From positions 1-64,000 of the IMG/VR virus record IMGVR_UViG_3300048587_000389: a DNA stretch of 64,000 nt; one strand, given 5' to 3'. The notes under the pieces were generated by a model. The model had not been told where the DNA came from. It saw only the letters and a program-made list of their open reading frames with translations, and searched no databases. Source of the DNA: a virus. Its lineage: Duplodnaviria; Heunggongvirae; Uroviricota; Caudoviricetes. A program made the translations under genes and the position numbers. The first letter of the stretch is position 1, and every line of letters starts with the position of its first letter. Below, piece by piece: positions 9,788 to 19,718 of the stretch.

Positions 9788-11866
9788 ATGGGAAGACAAC
9801 TTGCAAAAGGCATGGGCGAAGCAGTCGCCAAAAGAACAGTACTGCGCACTATTGACGGAGTTCTCGAGACATGGGATGATGTTGCTAAGCGAGTTGCGCT
9901 AGGTAATGTGTCACTGTTAGACTACAACGAAGAAGAGTATCAAAAACTATATGGGCACATAACAAATGCAAGTTTGTTGATGAGCGGTAGACATCTTCAG
10001 CACGGAGATAAAGATCAGCATACACGCAACATGGAAGTGTTCACAAACTGCAGCACCGCTGCGAGCAGCTTCTTACTATTCTATTTGCTCTTAAACGGTA
10101 GTGGAGTAGGCAGAGCTTACGATTCAGATCTCGGCGTTGTAAACTGGGACTTCACTCCAGTTTCTCACGCGGTTCTCTCTGATAAGCACCCAGACTTTAA
10201 GTTTGGTGAAGATCAAAGCGCAGAAGAAGCACGACGCAAATATAAGAATGCTGAATGGCACATGGTAGATGATAGTCGTGAAGGATGGGCAAAAGTAGTC
10301 GAGATCTTAGAAACATTGGCTTACGAAAAGATTCACAAAGACAGAGTTTTTGTTTTTGACTTCTCTAATGTCCGTGCAGCAGGTACTCCTATCGGAGGAA
10401 TGCAAGATAGACCAGCATCAGGTCCAAGACCTACAATGCGCGCAATTCAAAATGTTCTCTCTATCAAAGGCAGTGGATTAAAGCCATGGGAGCAAGCAAT
10501 GTGGGTAGATCACTATTTGGCAGAGTGTGTTCTTGTAGGTGGCGCAAGACGAAGTGCTCGTATGAGTACTAAATACTGGAAAGATGAAGATGTCATTGAT
10601 TTTATCAACATCAAGAGAGGCGGCTTTCTTTGGAGCTCAAACAATTCAATAACAGTTGATGAAGAGTTTTGGAAGCAAGAATCACCACATGCTCAAGCTG
10701 TTCTTAAGGCAGCACTAGAAGCTGCTTATAATGACGGAACTGGAGAGCCAGGATTCATCAATCAAGATAAGCTTGTGCAGAACAATGAAGGTTTAGATGA
10801 ATTCGCTACAGGTGATTTTGTTGGTTCAAAGAAATATCAACTAGAAGAACCTACTAAAAAGCTCATGGCACACCTATTAAAGGTTGCAAGCACAAAAGAA
10901 TACAGTCAAATCACAAATCCATGTGGAGAGATTAGTTTACATGCACTTGGCGGTTACTGTGTTATTGCAGATGTCGTTCCTTACTATGCAGACAATCTTG
11001 ATCATGCAGAAGAGGCATTTAGAGTTGCTACAAGAGCTTTAATGCGTGTCAACACAATGGATAGTTTGTATGCTAAAGAAGTAACTCGCACAAATAGAAT
11101 TGGTGTAGGAATCACAGGACTTCATGAATTTGCATGGAAGTTCTTTGGCTTGGGCTTTAGAGACATGATTGATGAATCAAAGAGTGCTGATTTTTGGGCA
11201 ACAATGAAAAGATTTAGTGATGCGGTCAAAGATGAAGCTAAAAAGTATGCAGAAGTGCTCGGAGTCAATGTGCCTCATACAGACACAACAATCAAGCCTG
11301 CAGGGACCACAAGCAAGCTTTTTGGTTTGACAGAAGGTGCTCATTTGCCTTCAATGAAAGAATACATTCGCTGGGTGCAATTCCGTAATGATGATCCTCT
11401 TGTCAAAAAATATGAAGATCTCGGTTACCCAATCAAAAAGCTTAAAGTCTATCACGGCTCAACAGCAGTTGGCTTCCCAACTCAGCCAGAAATTTGTAAA
11501 CTTGGTATGGGTGACAGATTAGTCACAGCCGGTGAAGCTACTCCAGAAGAGCAGTACAAGTATCTTATGCTTTTAGAGAAGTATTGGATAGGCGCAACAG
11601 GGAATCAAGTTTCTTACACATTAAAGTATGTGGCAGATAAAGTCTCTTTTGAAGACTTTGCTGAAATGATTACGAAGTATCAATCACAAGTTAGATGTTG
11701 CAGTGTTATGCCACAAGGTGATGCTACTGCTTATGAGTATCAGCCAGAAGAACCAGTCACAATTGATGAGTTCATAAGAATTGCAGAAAACATCAAAGAT
11801 TCTACTTTGATTGAAGATATTGACTTAGAATCACTAAAATGTGCGAGTGGGGCTTGTCCTATTTAA
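9788..11866 (+). CDS. nrdJ: class II (adenosylcobalamin-dependent) ribonucleotide reductase, monomeric NrdJ-like
   Basis: 692 aa; active-site region TNPCGEISL (thiyl-radical Cys motif NPCGE) typical of class II RNR. Confidence 0.75.
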   Translation: MGRQLAKGMGEAVAKRTVLRTIDGVLETWDDVAKRVALGNVSLLDYNEEEYQKLYGHITNASLLMSGRHLQHGDKDQHTRNMEVFTNCSTAASSFLLFYLLLNGSGVGRAYDSDLGVVNWDFTPVSHAVLSDKHPDFKFGEDQSAEEARRKYKNAEWHMVDDSREGWAKVVEILETLAYEKIHKDRVFVFDFSNVRAAGTPIGGMQDRPASGPRPTMRAIQNVLSIKGSGLKPWEQAMWVDHYLAECVLVGGARRSARMSTKYWKDEDVIDFINIKRGGFLWSSNNSITVDEEFWKQESPHAQAVLKAALEAAYNDGTGEPGFINQDKLVQNNEGLDEFATGDFVGSKKYQLEEPTKKLMAHLLKVASTKEYSQITNPCGEISLHALGGYCVIADVVPYYADNLDHAEEAFRVATRALMRVNTMDSLYAKEVTRTNRIGVGITGLHEFAWKFFGLGFRDMIDESKSADFWATMKRFSDAVKDEAKKYAEVLGVNVPHTDTTIKPAGTTSKLFGLTEGAHLPSMKEYIRWVQFRNDDPLVKKYEDLGYPIKKLKVYHGSTAVGFPTQPEICKLGMGDRLVTAGEATPEEQYKYLMLLEKYWIGATGNQVSYTLKYVADKVSFEDFAEMITKYQSQVRCCSVMPQGDATAYEYQPEEPVTIDEFIRIAENIKDSTLIEDIDLESLKCASGACPI

Positions 11867-11937
11867 GTGAATGGTGTATCTATAAGGCTCACATAACAGA
11901 AGCCTACTCAGTGTCACTAGTGATCCCATAAATAGAG

Positions 11938-11969
11938 CCTATTTACACACATCGAATACATGATATAAT
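11938..11969 (+). promoter_or_regulatory. sigma70-like promoter (CCTATTTACA -35, extended -10 TGATATAAT)
   Basis: TTTACA 11942-11947, TGaTATAAT 11961-11969. Confidence 0.5.
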
Positions 11970-11975
11970 AAACTC

Positions 11976-12227
11976 ATGAAAATCTTTGGACAATTCGCAA
12001 GCTGGCTCATAGAAGTAACGTGGAGTATCTTTGTCTTTTTAGTGACATTACCACTTGCTATCATTTTGATGCCGATCTTTGTGATATTTCTGATACCGTT
12101 TGTGATAATGTTCGTTTTGGTGTTTGGACTTATCATAGCACTTGTTATAATAGTCGTAAAGATAGCAATAGTTGTCGCAATTATTGTGGCAATTATGCAC
12201 CTCATAACAAAGATTCTTAAAAAATAG
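11976..12227 (+). CDS. extremely hydrophobic 83-aa membrane peptide
   Basis: three predicted TM spans, almost no charged residues; promoter directly upstream; the opposite-strand ORFs here look low-complexity and spurious. Confidence 0.4.
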   Translation: MKIFGQFASWLIEVTWSIFVFLVTLPLAIILMPIFVIFLIPFVIMFVLVFGLIIALVIIVVKIAIVVAIIVAIMHLITKILKK

Positions 12228-12228
12228 T

Positions 12229-12313
12229 GGAAGCGTAGCATAGTGGACGAATGCACCGGCTTTGAAACCCGGAGATCTGAAAGGGTTCGTGGGTCCGAAT
12301 CCCACCGCTTCCG
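12229..12313 (+). tRNA. tRNA-Ser (anticodon UGA), class II with long variable arm
   Basis: acceptor GGAAGCG/CGCTTCC, loop TTTGAAA (anticodon stem has 31-39 mismatch), long V-arm, T-arm GTGGGTCCGAATCCCAC. Confidence 0.55.
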
Positions 12314-12458
12314 CAGAGTAAATGATTTGCAGCCCGTATCCCGGTCTGGTTAAGACTGCAAAATCATGAGCCGTGGCTACCTTGCCCGTAAGGGTGCTGC
12401 AATCAGCTTAATTGTTATGACAACTGAATGGTGTTGGCAATCCGGCTCTACTCTAAAT
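12314..12458 (+). ncRNA. structured non-tRNA insert between tRNA-Ser and tRNA-Asp (candidate small RNA)
   Basis: long stem ATGATTTGCAG...CTGCAAAATCAT, CCCGTAAGGG GNRA-type hairpin, no T-arm consensus, no ORF. Confidence 0.3.
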
Positions 12459-12532
12459 GCTCTTGTAGCTTAGTGGTTAAAAGCGTCTCCCTGTCACGGA
12501 GAAGACCGAGGGTTCGAATCCCTTCAAGGGCG
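12459..12532 (+). tRNA. tRNA-Asp (anticodon GUC)
   Basis: acceptor GCTCTTG/CAAGGGC, anticodon stem TCTCC/GGAGA, loop CTGTCAC, T-arm CGAGGGTTCGAATCCCTTC. Confidence 0.75.
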
Positions 12533-12545
12533 CAAAAGGAAAAAT

Positions 12546-12797
12546 ATGATTCAAGTACTTAAGTTTTATGCAGATTGGTGTGGACCCTGCAAGATTCTCA
12601 AAAACGTTATAGATCAACTCAAAGAAGACTTCAAGGATGTAGAATTCATTGACGTCAACATTGAAGAACAACAAGATTATGTGGCACAGCATGGAGTTAT
12701 GTCTGTCCCTACAGTTTTGATCTTCAAAAACGGTGAGGAAATTGCTCGAAAAGTAGGCATTCAATCACGATCAGTTTACGAGCAGTTTCTCGTTTAA
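12546..12797 (+). CDS. trxA: thioredoxin
   Basis: 83 aa with WCGPC active site. Confidence 0.85.
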   Translation: MIQVLKFYADWCGPCKILKNVIDQLKEDFKDVEFIDVNIEEQQDYVAQHGVMSVPTVLIFKNGEEIARKVGIQSRSVYEQFLV

Positions 12798-12857
12798 TTT
12801 CTTCTATTTGGATTAGTTGTTTACAATCTCCTCAGATTGAGATATAATAGTGCTTAT

Positions 12858-13352
12858 ATGAAGAGGATTCTAGCAATAGACCCTTCTTCATCGGCAGCAG
12901 GATTTGCATTTTTCATAGGAGCAACACCACAATGGTGCAAGACAATAAAGCCAAAGGGTGCAACGCTTCTAGACAGGATGGCAAATCTATTACATGAGGC
13001 CGGAGGACTAATAGATGAAAACAAACCTGACTATATCGCTATCGAGACTCCTTATTTAGGATTCAGTAAGTCGACGTCGTTGAAGATGGGACAGATCTTT
13101 GGAATGATCTGTGCTTTGTGTGTGTTAAAATCATACACCAGCCAGACAATTTTAGAGATCCATACAATGTCAGCAAAGAAAGCAGTGGGCGCTGGTCATG
13201 TGACTAGCCGAGACGCTAGCAAGATTGCTGTATCACAAGCAACAAAAATACTCTTCCCCTTTTTAGAAATAGAAGATGACAATGCCTCAGATGCATTGGC
13301 AATTGGTGTCGCGGCATTAGGAATGCTGCCATCCCAAATAGAGACAAGTTAA
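12858..13352 (+). CDS. ruvC: RuvC-like Holliday junction resolvase
   Basis: ILAIDPS, YIAIETPY, DNASDALAIG motifs (RuvC catalytic acidic residues); track ORF starts at TTG 12837. Confidence 0.7.
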   Translation: MKRILAIDPSSSAAGFAFFIGATPQWCKTIKPKGATLLDRMANLLHEAGGLIDENKPDYIAIETPYLGFSKSTSLKMGQIFGMICALCVLKSYTSQTILEIHTMSAKKAVGAGHVTSRDASKIAVSQATKILFPFLEIEDDNASDALAIGVAALGMLPSQIETS

Positions 13353-13361
13353 CGGAGCAAT

Positions 13362-13736
13362 ATGAATGAGAATCCAACAAAATTCCACAAGAGCTTAGGC
13401 AATGTAAAAGATGAAGAAGTCACAGATGGTGAAATTCGCTTACTTCAAGCGTTGATCCAAGACAGTGAATTTTGTATTGTCAATTACAGACTCAAAGAAA
13501 TTAAAGCTGCTGAAAAGATCAAAAAGATCTGGGATAGTATTAAACCAGACAAAAAGCTTGCGCAAGAATCAAGAGAGTTTATTGATTCACACCCACTCTT
13601 TGAATCAATGTGTGTGGCATCAGGAATCACACCAAAAGAAGGGCGCAAAAAGTTTTACAAACGCGTCAATGATAAATTAAGTAAGAGAACAAAGAAAAAA
13701 TATGGAAGAAGTAAAAAAGAAACTGCCGAATCGTAA
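13362..13736 (+). CDS. hypothetical protein (basic C-terminus), upstream of terminase genes
   Basis: 124-aa ORF. Confidence 0.45.
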   Translation: MNENPTKFHKSLGNVKDEEVTDGEIRLLQALIQDSEFCIVNYRLKEIKAAEKIKKIWDSIKPDKKLAQESREFIDSHPLFESMCVASGITPKEGRKKFYKRVNDKLSKRTKKKYGRSKKETAES

Positions 13737-14430
13737 ATATGCTAAGCCTCAAAAGGTAACAAATCAAGAGGACGAGAGATACCAATGGCAGACTGTTGGA
13801 TTTAAGAAACTCCCATACGCATCTCATGTCAATCAGAATTTGTCTACTATCTCAGAAAAGAGATTGAAGCGCATTCGTAAGGTAATGTATCACTACAGCC
13901 ACGGCAAGTCTGCAAAAGACATTGCTGATATGATGGGCATCAATCAAGTTCTTGTAAAGCGTGATCTTACAACTGCAGTCGTGTTGACTGGCAAGAACAT
14001 GAAATATGTCCCAAAACTTGAAAGAAAAATTATGGAATACACAACAGGGTATACAAAAAAGGCAGAAGAACTGTTTGTTAGAGTTGAGAAGCTAGTCACA
14101 CAACTGGAAAATGAGAGTGCTCATTTAGATGCTAAAAAAGCAATTCCTTTTGTCATGATGCTTGGTGAACTAAGACAAACACTTGAGCTTGGAGCAAAGC
14201 TTACAGGTGAATTACAATCAGGAACACGTATCAATGTGGTAATGTTCTCTGGTCTTATCAAAAAAATCATCGGTATCTTGGAAAGCGAACTTCCAAGAGA
14301 ACAATTCGCACGAATCAGAGATCGTATCAAGCTAGAAATGCAAGGGCAAGAGCCGCTTGGTTCTAAGGGTGGTGCAATCGAGATAGATGAGAACACAGTC
14401 ATCGATGGAGAAATAGTGAGTCAAGAATAA
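13702..14430 (+). CDS. putative terminase small subunit (HTH)
   Basis: helix-turn-helix SAKDIADMMGINQVLVKRDL; sits directly before TerL. Confidence 0.45.
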   Translation: MEEVKKKLPNRKYAKPQKVTNQEDERYQWQTVGFKKLPYASHVNQNLSTISEKRLKRIRKVMYHYSHGKSAKDIADMMGINQVLVKRDLTTAVVLTGKNMKYVPKLERKIMEYTTGYTKKAEELFVRVEKLVTQLENESAHLDAKKAIPFVMMLGELRQTLELGAKLTGELQSGTRINVVMFSGLIKKIIGILESELPREQFARIRDRIKLEMQGQEPLGSKGGAIEIDENTVIDGEIVSQE

Positions 14431-14431
14431 T

Positions 14432-16027
14432 ATGTCACAACAGAATACAGAAAATGCGTTATTAGACATCTTTCTTAATGAGTTTGACGAAGTAATAGAG
14501 GGCGATCCAGAATGGAAAGAAGAACCAGTTGATTTGGACACTTATGTAACTAGTCCACTGTTTCAAGATCTGCCACCATTCTCACCGCGACAAAGAGCAG
14601 CTATTGTCAATCTCATTGGTGAAGATCCAAAGAAAATCTTTAGAAGAGAGAACGGTGTCACAACAGCTGTCTTGCTTTGGGGCAAGGGAAGCGGAAAAGA
14701 CTATGTCACTTCTGTGGTTATTTCATACTTAGCCTATGTGCTTTGTTGTATGAAGAGTCCACAAAAGTTTTTGGGTATTGCTCCAGGAGAGCCTTTAGAC
14801 GTTATCAACGTTGCTTATTCAGCTTCACAGGCTAATCTTGTCTTCTTCTCAAAACTTAAGCAGCGTATTGACAAGCCAATGTTCAACCGTTTTGATCCAC
14901 ATATTATTGAGGACAAGATTGAGTTTCCGAATCAAGTACGTCTTCACAGTCGTCACTCAGAAAATGAATCGTATGAAGGTTTTAACGTTCTCATGTGGGT
15001 TATGGACGAAGCTTCAGCATTTAGAGACAAAACAAAGAGAGCAAACGCAGACAACATTTATGCAACTCTCAAATCATCAGCAACTTCACGTTTTGGTCGC
15101 CAATGGCTTGGGTTGGTAATTTCTTACCCTCGTTATCAAGGTGACTTTACACTTAGAATGTATGAACAGTCAGCGACTCAGCCACACATCTATGGTGATA
15201 AGGGCGCAACATGGGAGATTCATCCAATTCGTACAAGAGAAGATTTCGATGACGACTATAGAACAGATCCAGAAGATGCTCGCACTAAGTATGAGTGTAT
15301 TCCGCCAGCTATTACAGATGCGTTCTTCTCACTGCCAGACAAAGTGTTCGAGTGTGATACAGAGATAGAACCTATTGCCTTTGTTGAGCAGACTACTACT
15401 TTGCGCAGTACAATGGATGGAGAGAGACAGTACACAGCTCTATCAACAGATATTCTCAAGAAAGACTTTACAAACACATATTACATTCATTGCGACCCAG
15501 GTCTTATGTCAGACAGTTTCGTATTATGTATGGGACATGTTGTTGAGGGAGAAGAAGCGGAAGTTAAGAAGGACGAAGTTGTAGTTATTTTGCCAAGAGT
15601 GCAAATTGACTTGGTGCTCAGATGGGTCCCTCAGCAATCAAAACCGGTTGACGTTCTTAATGTAAAGGATGTCATTATCCAATTGAGTACGTATTTCAAT
15701 ATCAAAAAGGTCACATTCGACAAATGGAATAGTGCAAGCACGATTCAAGAATTGATCAATAATGGAATACCAGCAGAAGACATGTCATTCTCTAGAGGTC
15801 AGCAGTTAGAAATGTATCGCAATTTGAGAGCTTTGATCTACAATAACTTGATCAAGTGGCCAAACAATCCGATTCTATGCGAGGAGTTGATTAAATTGCA
15901 ATTCTTAAATGGAGCGAAGATTGACCACCCTCCTGGTGGAAGCAAAGACGTAGCAGACGCTGTTGCAGGTGTAACATGGTGGGCTTGTGAAGAAAAGCCA
16001 CAAAACGCTTGGATATTCGGATTATAA
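14432..16027 (+). CDS. terL: terminase large subunit
   Basis: Walker A GKGSGKD, Walker B VMDEASAF, C-terminal RNaseH-like nuclease acidic residues; 531 aa. Confidence 0.75.
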   Translation: MSQQNTENALLDIFLNEFDEVIEGDPEWKEEPVDLDTYVTSPLFQDLPPFSPRQRAAIVNLIGEDPKKIFRRENGVTTAVLLWGKGSGKDYVTSVVISYLAYVLCCMKSPQKFLGIAPGEPLDVINVAYSASQANLVFFSKLKQRIDKPMFNRFDPHIIEDKIEFPNQVRLHSRHSENESYEGFNVLMWVMDEASAFRDKTKRANADNIYATLKSSATSRFGRQWLGLVISYPRYQGDFTLRMYEQSATQPHIYGDKGATWEIHPIRTREDFDDDYRTDPEDARTKYECIPPAITDAFFSLPDKVFECDTEIEPIAFVEQTTTLRSTMDGERQYTALSTDILKKDFTNTYYIHCDPGLMSDSFVLCMGHVVEGEEAEVKKDEVVVILPRVQIDLVLRWVPQQSKPVDVLNVKDVIIQLSTYFNIKKVTFDKWNSASTIQELINNGIPAEDMSFSRGQQLEMYRNLRALIYNNLIKWPNNPILCEELIKLQFLNGAKIDHPPGGSKDVADAVAGVTWWACEEKPQNAWIFGL

Positions 16028-16158
16028 CTATTTGTCTTTGTGGACAATGATAGTTTTGTTGCCACCGTTTAAGATCATAACACCGAGGATCCAGAAAAAC
16101 ACTCCGAATGGAAGTGTAAACAGACCTACGATGAAAAAGACCATGGCCCAAAGCTTTC

Positions 16159-16329
16159 TCATGCAATCTCCTTTACAGTTATAGATGGTAAGGGTGTTTC
16201 AAATCCGCATTCATCATCAAGTTCTTCAAGGTCTGTGATCACTCTGTTATACACATGTTCTGATAAAACGAGTTTTTTATCAAAATCGTCTGGTACACCG
16301 TATTCTAGCTGAACTATGATTGTTTTCAT
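16159..16329 (-). CDS. small acidic protein (56 aa)
   Basis: below track size cut-off; start overlaps stop of upstream gene in leftward operon. Confidence 0.4.
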   Translation of the reverse strand: MKTIIVQLEYGVPDDFDKKLVLSEHVYNRVITDLEELDDECGFETPLPSITVKEIA

Positions 16330-16330
16330 G

Positions 16331-16588
16331 CTATGCTCCTGTTGCTACTTTAATTTCTGATTCGATTTTAGCAACTTTCTTGTTAAGCTCAAAAGAAGTG
16401 AGATAAACAACGTATTGTCCATTCTCCATCTTTCCCATACCAAGTTCAGTAATACATTCATGCTTGTCAAGAACATCTTGAAGATCATTGATCAATTCAA
16501 ATGCTCCATCTGCATTACATGCCTTGAGGGTAATTACTGGTGAGTTTTGTGGAATGTCTGTCATATAGTTTTCTTCTTTTTGTGCCAT
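16331..16588 (-). CDS. hypothetical small protein
   Basis: 85-aa ORF in leftward operon. Confidence 0.5.
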   Translation of the reverse strand: MAQKEENYMTDIPQNSPVITLKACNADGAFELINDLQDVLDKHECITELGMGKMENGQYVVYLTSFELNKKVAKIESEIKVATGA

Positions 16589-16776
16589 CTTGATGAATGG
16601 CCGTATGTTGTGAATTCTGGAGAAGCTTCTGATTTATCAACTATGACGAGATTTGATTTACCAAACAAAGTTACGATTGTTGTGCGGCACATTACAATTG
16701 TTTCATCTTTGCCATATCTTCCGACAAAGTATTTTAGTGCCTCTGCAATTTGTTGTCTTGCTTGTTCATCTGTCAT
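16561..16776 (-). CDS. hypothetical small protein
   Basis: start moved to ATG 16776 with AGGAGGAACAACAA RBS. Confidence 0.45.
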   Translation of the reverse strand: MTDEQARQQIAEALKYFVGRYGKDETIVMCRTTIVTLFGKSNLVIVDKSEASPEFTTYGHSSRWHKKKKTI

Positions 16777-16829
16777 TTGTTGTTCCTCCTGTAAGTGATT
16801 ATAACACACTGAATACGGTTTGTAAACAG

Positions 16830-16982
16830 CTAATTACTATATCCGTTCATTTCATACCACAGATTTACAACAGTTTGATATGTGGCATCATATTTTTTAG
16901 CAAGTTTTCTGAATGATTCTTCATCAGGTTCATTAAATGTGTCAAGTTCTTCTATAAGTGCATTTTGATTTTTGCTTTTCAT
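16830..16982 (-). CDS. small protein (50 aa)
   Basis: ORF MKSKNQNALIEELD..., below track cut-off. Confidence 0.35.
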   Translation of the reverse strand: MKSKNQNALIEELDTFNEPDEESFRKLAKKYDATYQTVVNLWYEMNGYSN

Positions 16983-16991
16983 ACAATTTCC

Positions 16992-17201
16992 TTATGTGTA
17001 TATATGCGCTTCACCATTGCGCATTTCTATTGTCCATTGATCTTCACCGTATGTCTCATTTAGAAATGCTTCTAATACATCTTCATCAATATCTAAGACG
17101 TATGCATACGGTAATCCAATTAGTGGATCTTTTAACACCTGAAACTTATATTTGTTTATCAAATCATCTGTAACTTCTATAAGATCGATATGGACTATCA
17201 T
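16992..17201 (-). CDS. hypothetical small protein
   Basis: AAAGGAGAACATC RBS. Confidence 0.5.
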   Translation of the reverse strand: MIVHIDLIEVTDDLINKYKFQVLKDPLIGLPYAYVLDIDEDVLEAFLNETYGEDQWTIEMRNGEAHIYT

Positions 17202-17212
17202 GATGTTCTCCT

Positions 17213-17365
17213 TTAAACTTCTGTTTTTTGTATTCTGTACTTTTTAGTAGGGTTGTCTTTAATAAGCTGATCTCTCATTTTCTGTGCTTCTTCTAAGGTT
17301 GATACACTTACAATAATATCTGAATCCTTACTGAGATCGTAGATTCTGAATGCATACTTTTTCAT
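17213..17365 (-). CDS. small protein (50 aa)
   Basis: GGAGGCCAACATG RBS; directly downstream of leftward promoter 17393-17421. Confidence 0.45.
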   Translation of the reverse strand: MKKYAFRIYDLSKDSDIIVSVSTLEEAQKMRDQLIKDNPTKKYRIQKTEV

Positions 17366-17392
17366 GTTGGCCTCCTTGTTTATATTGAATAT

Positions 17393-17421
17393 AGTATATC
17401 ACACGGAAAAAGGTTTGTAAA
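17393..17421 (-). promoter_or_regulatory. leftward sigma70-like promoter (ACTATTTACAA -35, TATACT -10) with upstream GATATAGT element
   Basis: read on minus strand: TTTACA(17)TATACT; GATATAGTCTGT immediately upstream of -35. Confidence 0.5.
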
Positions 17422-17435
17422 TAGTACAGACTATA

Positions 17436-17735
17436 TCAAATCTTAGCCAATTCTTCTTTAGCAACTTTCTTTAAGTATGATGCTGCCAATTCTTTTGTTT
17501 CCCATGTGTAAGCTTCTTCTGACAAGAATTCGTTGTGCTCAAAGAGTCTGTATCTAATAACTGCCTTGTTAGCAAAGCCATCATAACAAATTGCAACTTC
17601 AACAATGTGACCAGAGATGAATTCAATTCTCTTGTTGTTAAGCATTGCATAAACTTTTTGTCCAACACAATACTTTGGAGTCATTTTTATGAGTCGCCAT
17701 TTCTTACGGTCCTCAAGTTTTACTTTTTTGTACAT
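17436..17735 (-). CDS. hypothetical protein
   Basis: start set at ATG 17735 (AAGGAGG RBS) because promoter 17772-17800 lies inside the longer track ORF. Confidence 0.5.
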   Translation of the reverse strand: MYKKVKLEDRKKWRLIKMTPKYCVGQKVYAMLNNKRIEFISGHIVEVAICYDGFANKAVIRYRLFEHNEFLSEEAYTWETKELAASYLKKVAKEELAKI

Positions 17736-17771
17736 ATTTGCCTCCTTCGGCTGTATTCGGTTAACAAGTGT

Positions 17772-17800
17772 AATATAACTCACATTGTTCTATTTGTAAA
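17772..17800 (-). promoter_or_regulatory. leftward promoter CCCTATTTACAAA(17)TATATT
   Basis: same family motif on minus strand. Confidence 0.5.
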
Positions 17801-17851
17801 TAGGGAAATGAGGATGTAAAATGTTGTGAAACTTTGATAAAATGTACAAAT

Positions 17852-18598
17852 ATGAACAAAATAATAGCGATTGGTGACATCCATGGTCATTTTGATCAGC
17901 TCATGGAGCTTTGGGAAAAGTTAGAAGCTGAGGGTGTAGACTTTGATAAAGATGAGTTTGTCTTTCTTGGAGACTATGTTGATGGCGGACCAGATGTAAA
18001 GAAAGTTCTTGATTTTCTTATTGAGCTTAAAGCCACAAAAAAGAACTATCACTTTCTGTATGGCAATCACGAAGATCTATTGTTAGATGCACTTAGACCG
18101 CATCACCCTATATACGGTAGCTTTGATCTTTGGTATCAGCAAGGCGGAAGAGAAACTGTTGATTCGTTTGTAAGAGACATGGATCTTGAGCCGTATGAAA
18201 GATCTCTTATTAGCCCTAAGAATGTAATTACCGAAGAGTATGTGAGATTCTTAGCTACACTCGAGTCATTCTATGACACAGAGAAGTACTTCTTTGTGCA
18301 TGGAGGTATATATCCTAATAAGTCGATTGAAGAGAACAAAGAGACCACTTCAAGATACGATATGATCTGGATAAGAGATGAGTTCATCTTGTCAAAATAT
18401 GATTGGGGCAAGAAAATAATCTTTGGTCATACGATCAATGACGGTAGATACAACCCAGGCTTTCTCTCTCCAATTGTGCGCAAAAACAAGATTGGTATCG
18501 ATACTATGATGCACAATACTGGACGTTTGACAGCGGTTATTCTGCCAGATGAAACGTTCGTTCAAACAGATTATGTAGAAGATCTCGAGAAGATCTGA
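17852..18598 (+). CDS. PPP-family Ser/Thr protein phosphatase (lambda phosphatase / ApaH-like)
   Basis: GDIHGH, GDYVDGG, GNHE metallophosphatase motifs. Confidence 0.7.
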   Translation: MNKIIAIGDIHGHFDQLMELWEKLEAEGVDFDKDEFVFLGDYVDGGPDVKKVLDFLIELKATKKNYHFLYGNHEDLLLDALRPHHPIYGSFDLWYQQGGRETVDSFVRDMDLEPYERSLISPKNVITEEYVRFLATLESFYDTEKYFFVHGGIYPNKSIEENKETTSRYDMIWIRDEFILSKYDWGKKIIFGHTINDGRYNPGFLSPIVRKNKIGIDTMMHNTGRLTAVILPDETFVQTDYVEDLEKI

Positions 18599-18756
18599 TG
18601 TACAAAATGATTTGCACATGTTAGAATAGATTTAGTCGCATGTGTAACCTCCTTGTACTAGCTTATACATGACACTAAATCACTGCTTATGGCGCTAAAA
18701 GTATGTCTGGATTAGTCTGGGCTAAACTTAGGCGCCATTAGTAGTATAATAAACGT

Positions 18757-18948
18757 ATGGAACTAGACACACATCTCTTTGCGCTTCAAGATAAAATGAT
18801 TGCGTACAAACCAAAAGATTATCGAGGAGACGACTTCAGTTGGGAACTCAACGTAATCTACTGGATGGCGATGGCTAGAGAAAAGCTGCTAAATGGCTCG
18901 ATAACTATGGGAGTCATTGAAGGTGTAGCTAACAACATTTCCAAATAA
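18757..18948 (+). CDS. hypothetical small protein
   Basis: 63-aa ORF preceded by TAGTATAAT-like -10. Confidence 0.35.
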   Translation: MELDTHLFALQDKMIAYKPKDYRGDDFSWELNVIYWMAMAREKLLNGSITMGVIEGVANNISK

Positions 18949-19089
18949 TTTTCAGTATTTCTTTTTATTCGAAAACGTGATAGAATTAACTTCTATGTAC
19001 AACAAGGAGCAAATTGAACTGTATTTTCTTACAGTGACATTCGCCTTCTTGTTCTTCATCTATTATTATTTAAAGCTGAAAGGAGCTTT

Positions 19090-19668
19090 ATGAAAGCATT
19101 GCTAATAGTCTTAGCGATCTTTGGTGTTTTCGGACTATGGATGTTCGGATCCATAAAAGGAACATACAACTCGTTGGTCACTCAACGAAGCGCTGTAGAC
19201 AGACAATATAGTGATATCCAGGCTCAACTGCAACGAAGAGCAGATCTTATTCCAAACTTAGTGGCAACCACTAAAGGCGCCATGAAGCATGAACAGGCAG
19301 TCTTTGAAGACATCTCAAAAGCTCAAGCAGCTTTTACGAGAGCACCTCAAGGATCTAGCGAACAGCTCGATGCATACAACGGTTTAGGAACAGCTCTCCG
19401 CGGTTACATGGTTGTTGCGCAGCAATATCCACAACTAGCTGCTCTAGATATTGTCAAAGATTTGAATACGAATCTTGATGGTAGTGAGAACAGAATTAGT
19501 GTGGCACGTCAGAGATATAATGAGGAAGTTGAGAAATACAATAACTCTCTCATGAAGTTCCCTGGCAATCTTATTGCTAACTTCTTTGACTTCGAGAAGA
19601 AAGATTACTTCGCAGTTCAGTCTCCTGAAGATGAAAAAGCTCCAGAGATTGATATGACATTGGAGTAA
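19090..19668 (+). CDS. lemA: LemA-family membrane protein
   Basis: N-terminal TM, RRADLIPNLV and YNNSLMKFPGNLIA motifs typical of LemA. Confidence 0.65.
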   Translation: MKALLIVLAIFGVFGLWMFGSIKGTYNSLVTQRSAVDRQYSDIQAQLQRRADLIPNLVATTKGAMKHEQAVFEDISKAQAAFTRAPQGSSEQLDAYNGLGTALRGYMVVAQQYPQLAALDIVKDLNTNLDGSENRISVARQRYNEEVEKYNNSLMKFPGNLIANFFDFEKKDYFAVQSPEDEKAPEIDMTLE

Positions 19669-19718
19669 CAAAAGCAGAAGAAGTCAAAACACGATTAACA
19701 AAATAAAAGGAGCAAAAT

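Noticed and set aside
11939-12305. Minus-strand ORFs 11939..12256 and 12048..12305 (Cys/Tyr/Asn/His-rich)
   Set aside because: Low-complexity reverse frames of an AT-rich hydrophobic-peptide gene; plus-strand ORF has promoter and is followed by tRNAs on the same strand
12837-12857. Upstream TTG start of ruvC-like ORF given in track
   Set aside because: ATG at 12858 starts directly at the conserved MKRILAIDPS N-terminus typical of RuvC; TTG extension adds unconserved residues
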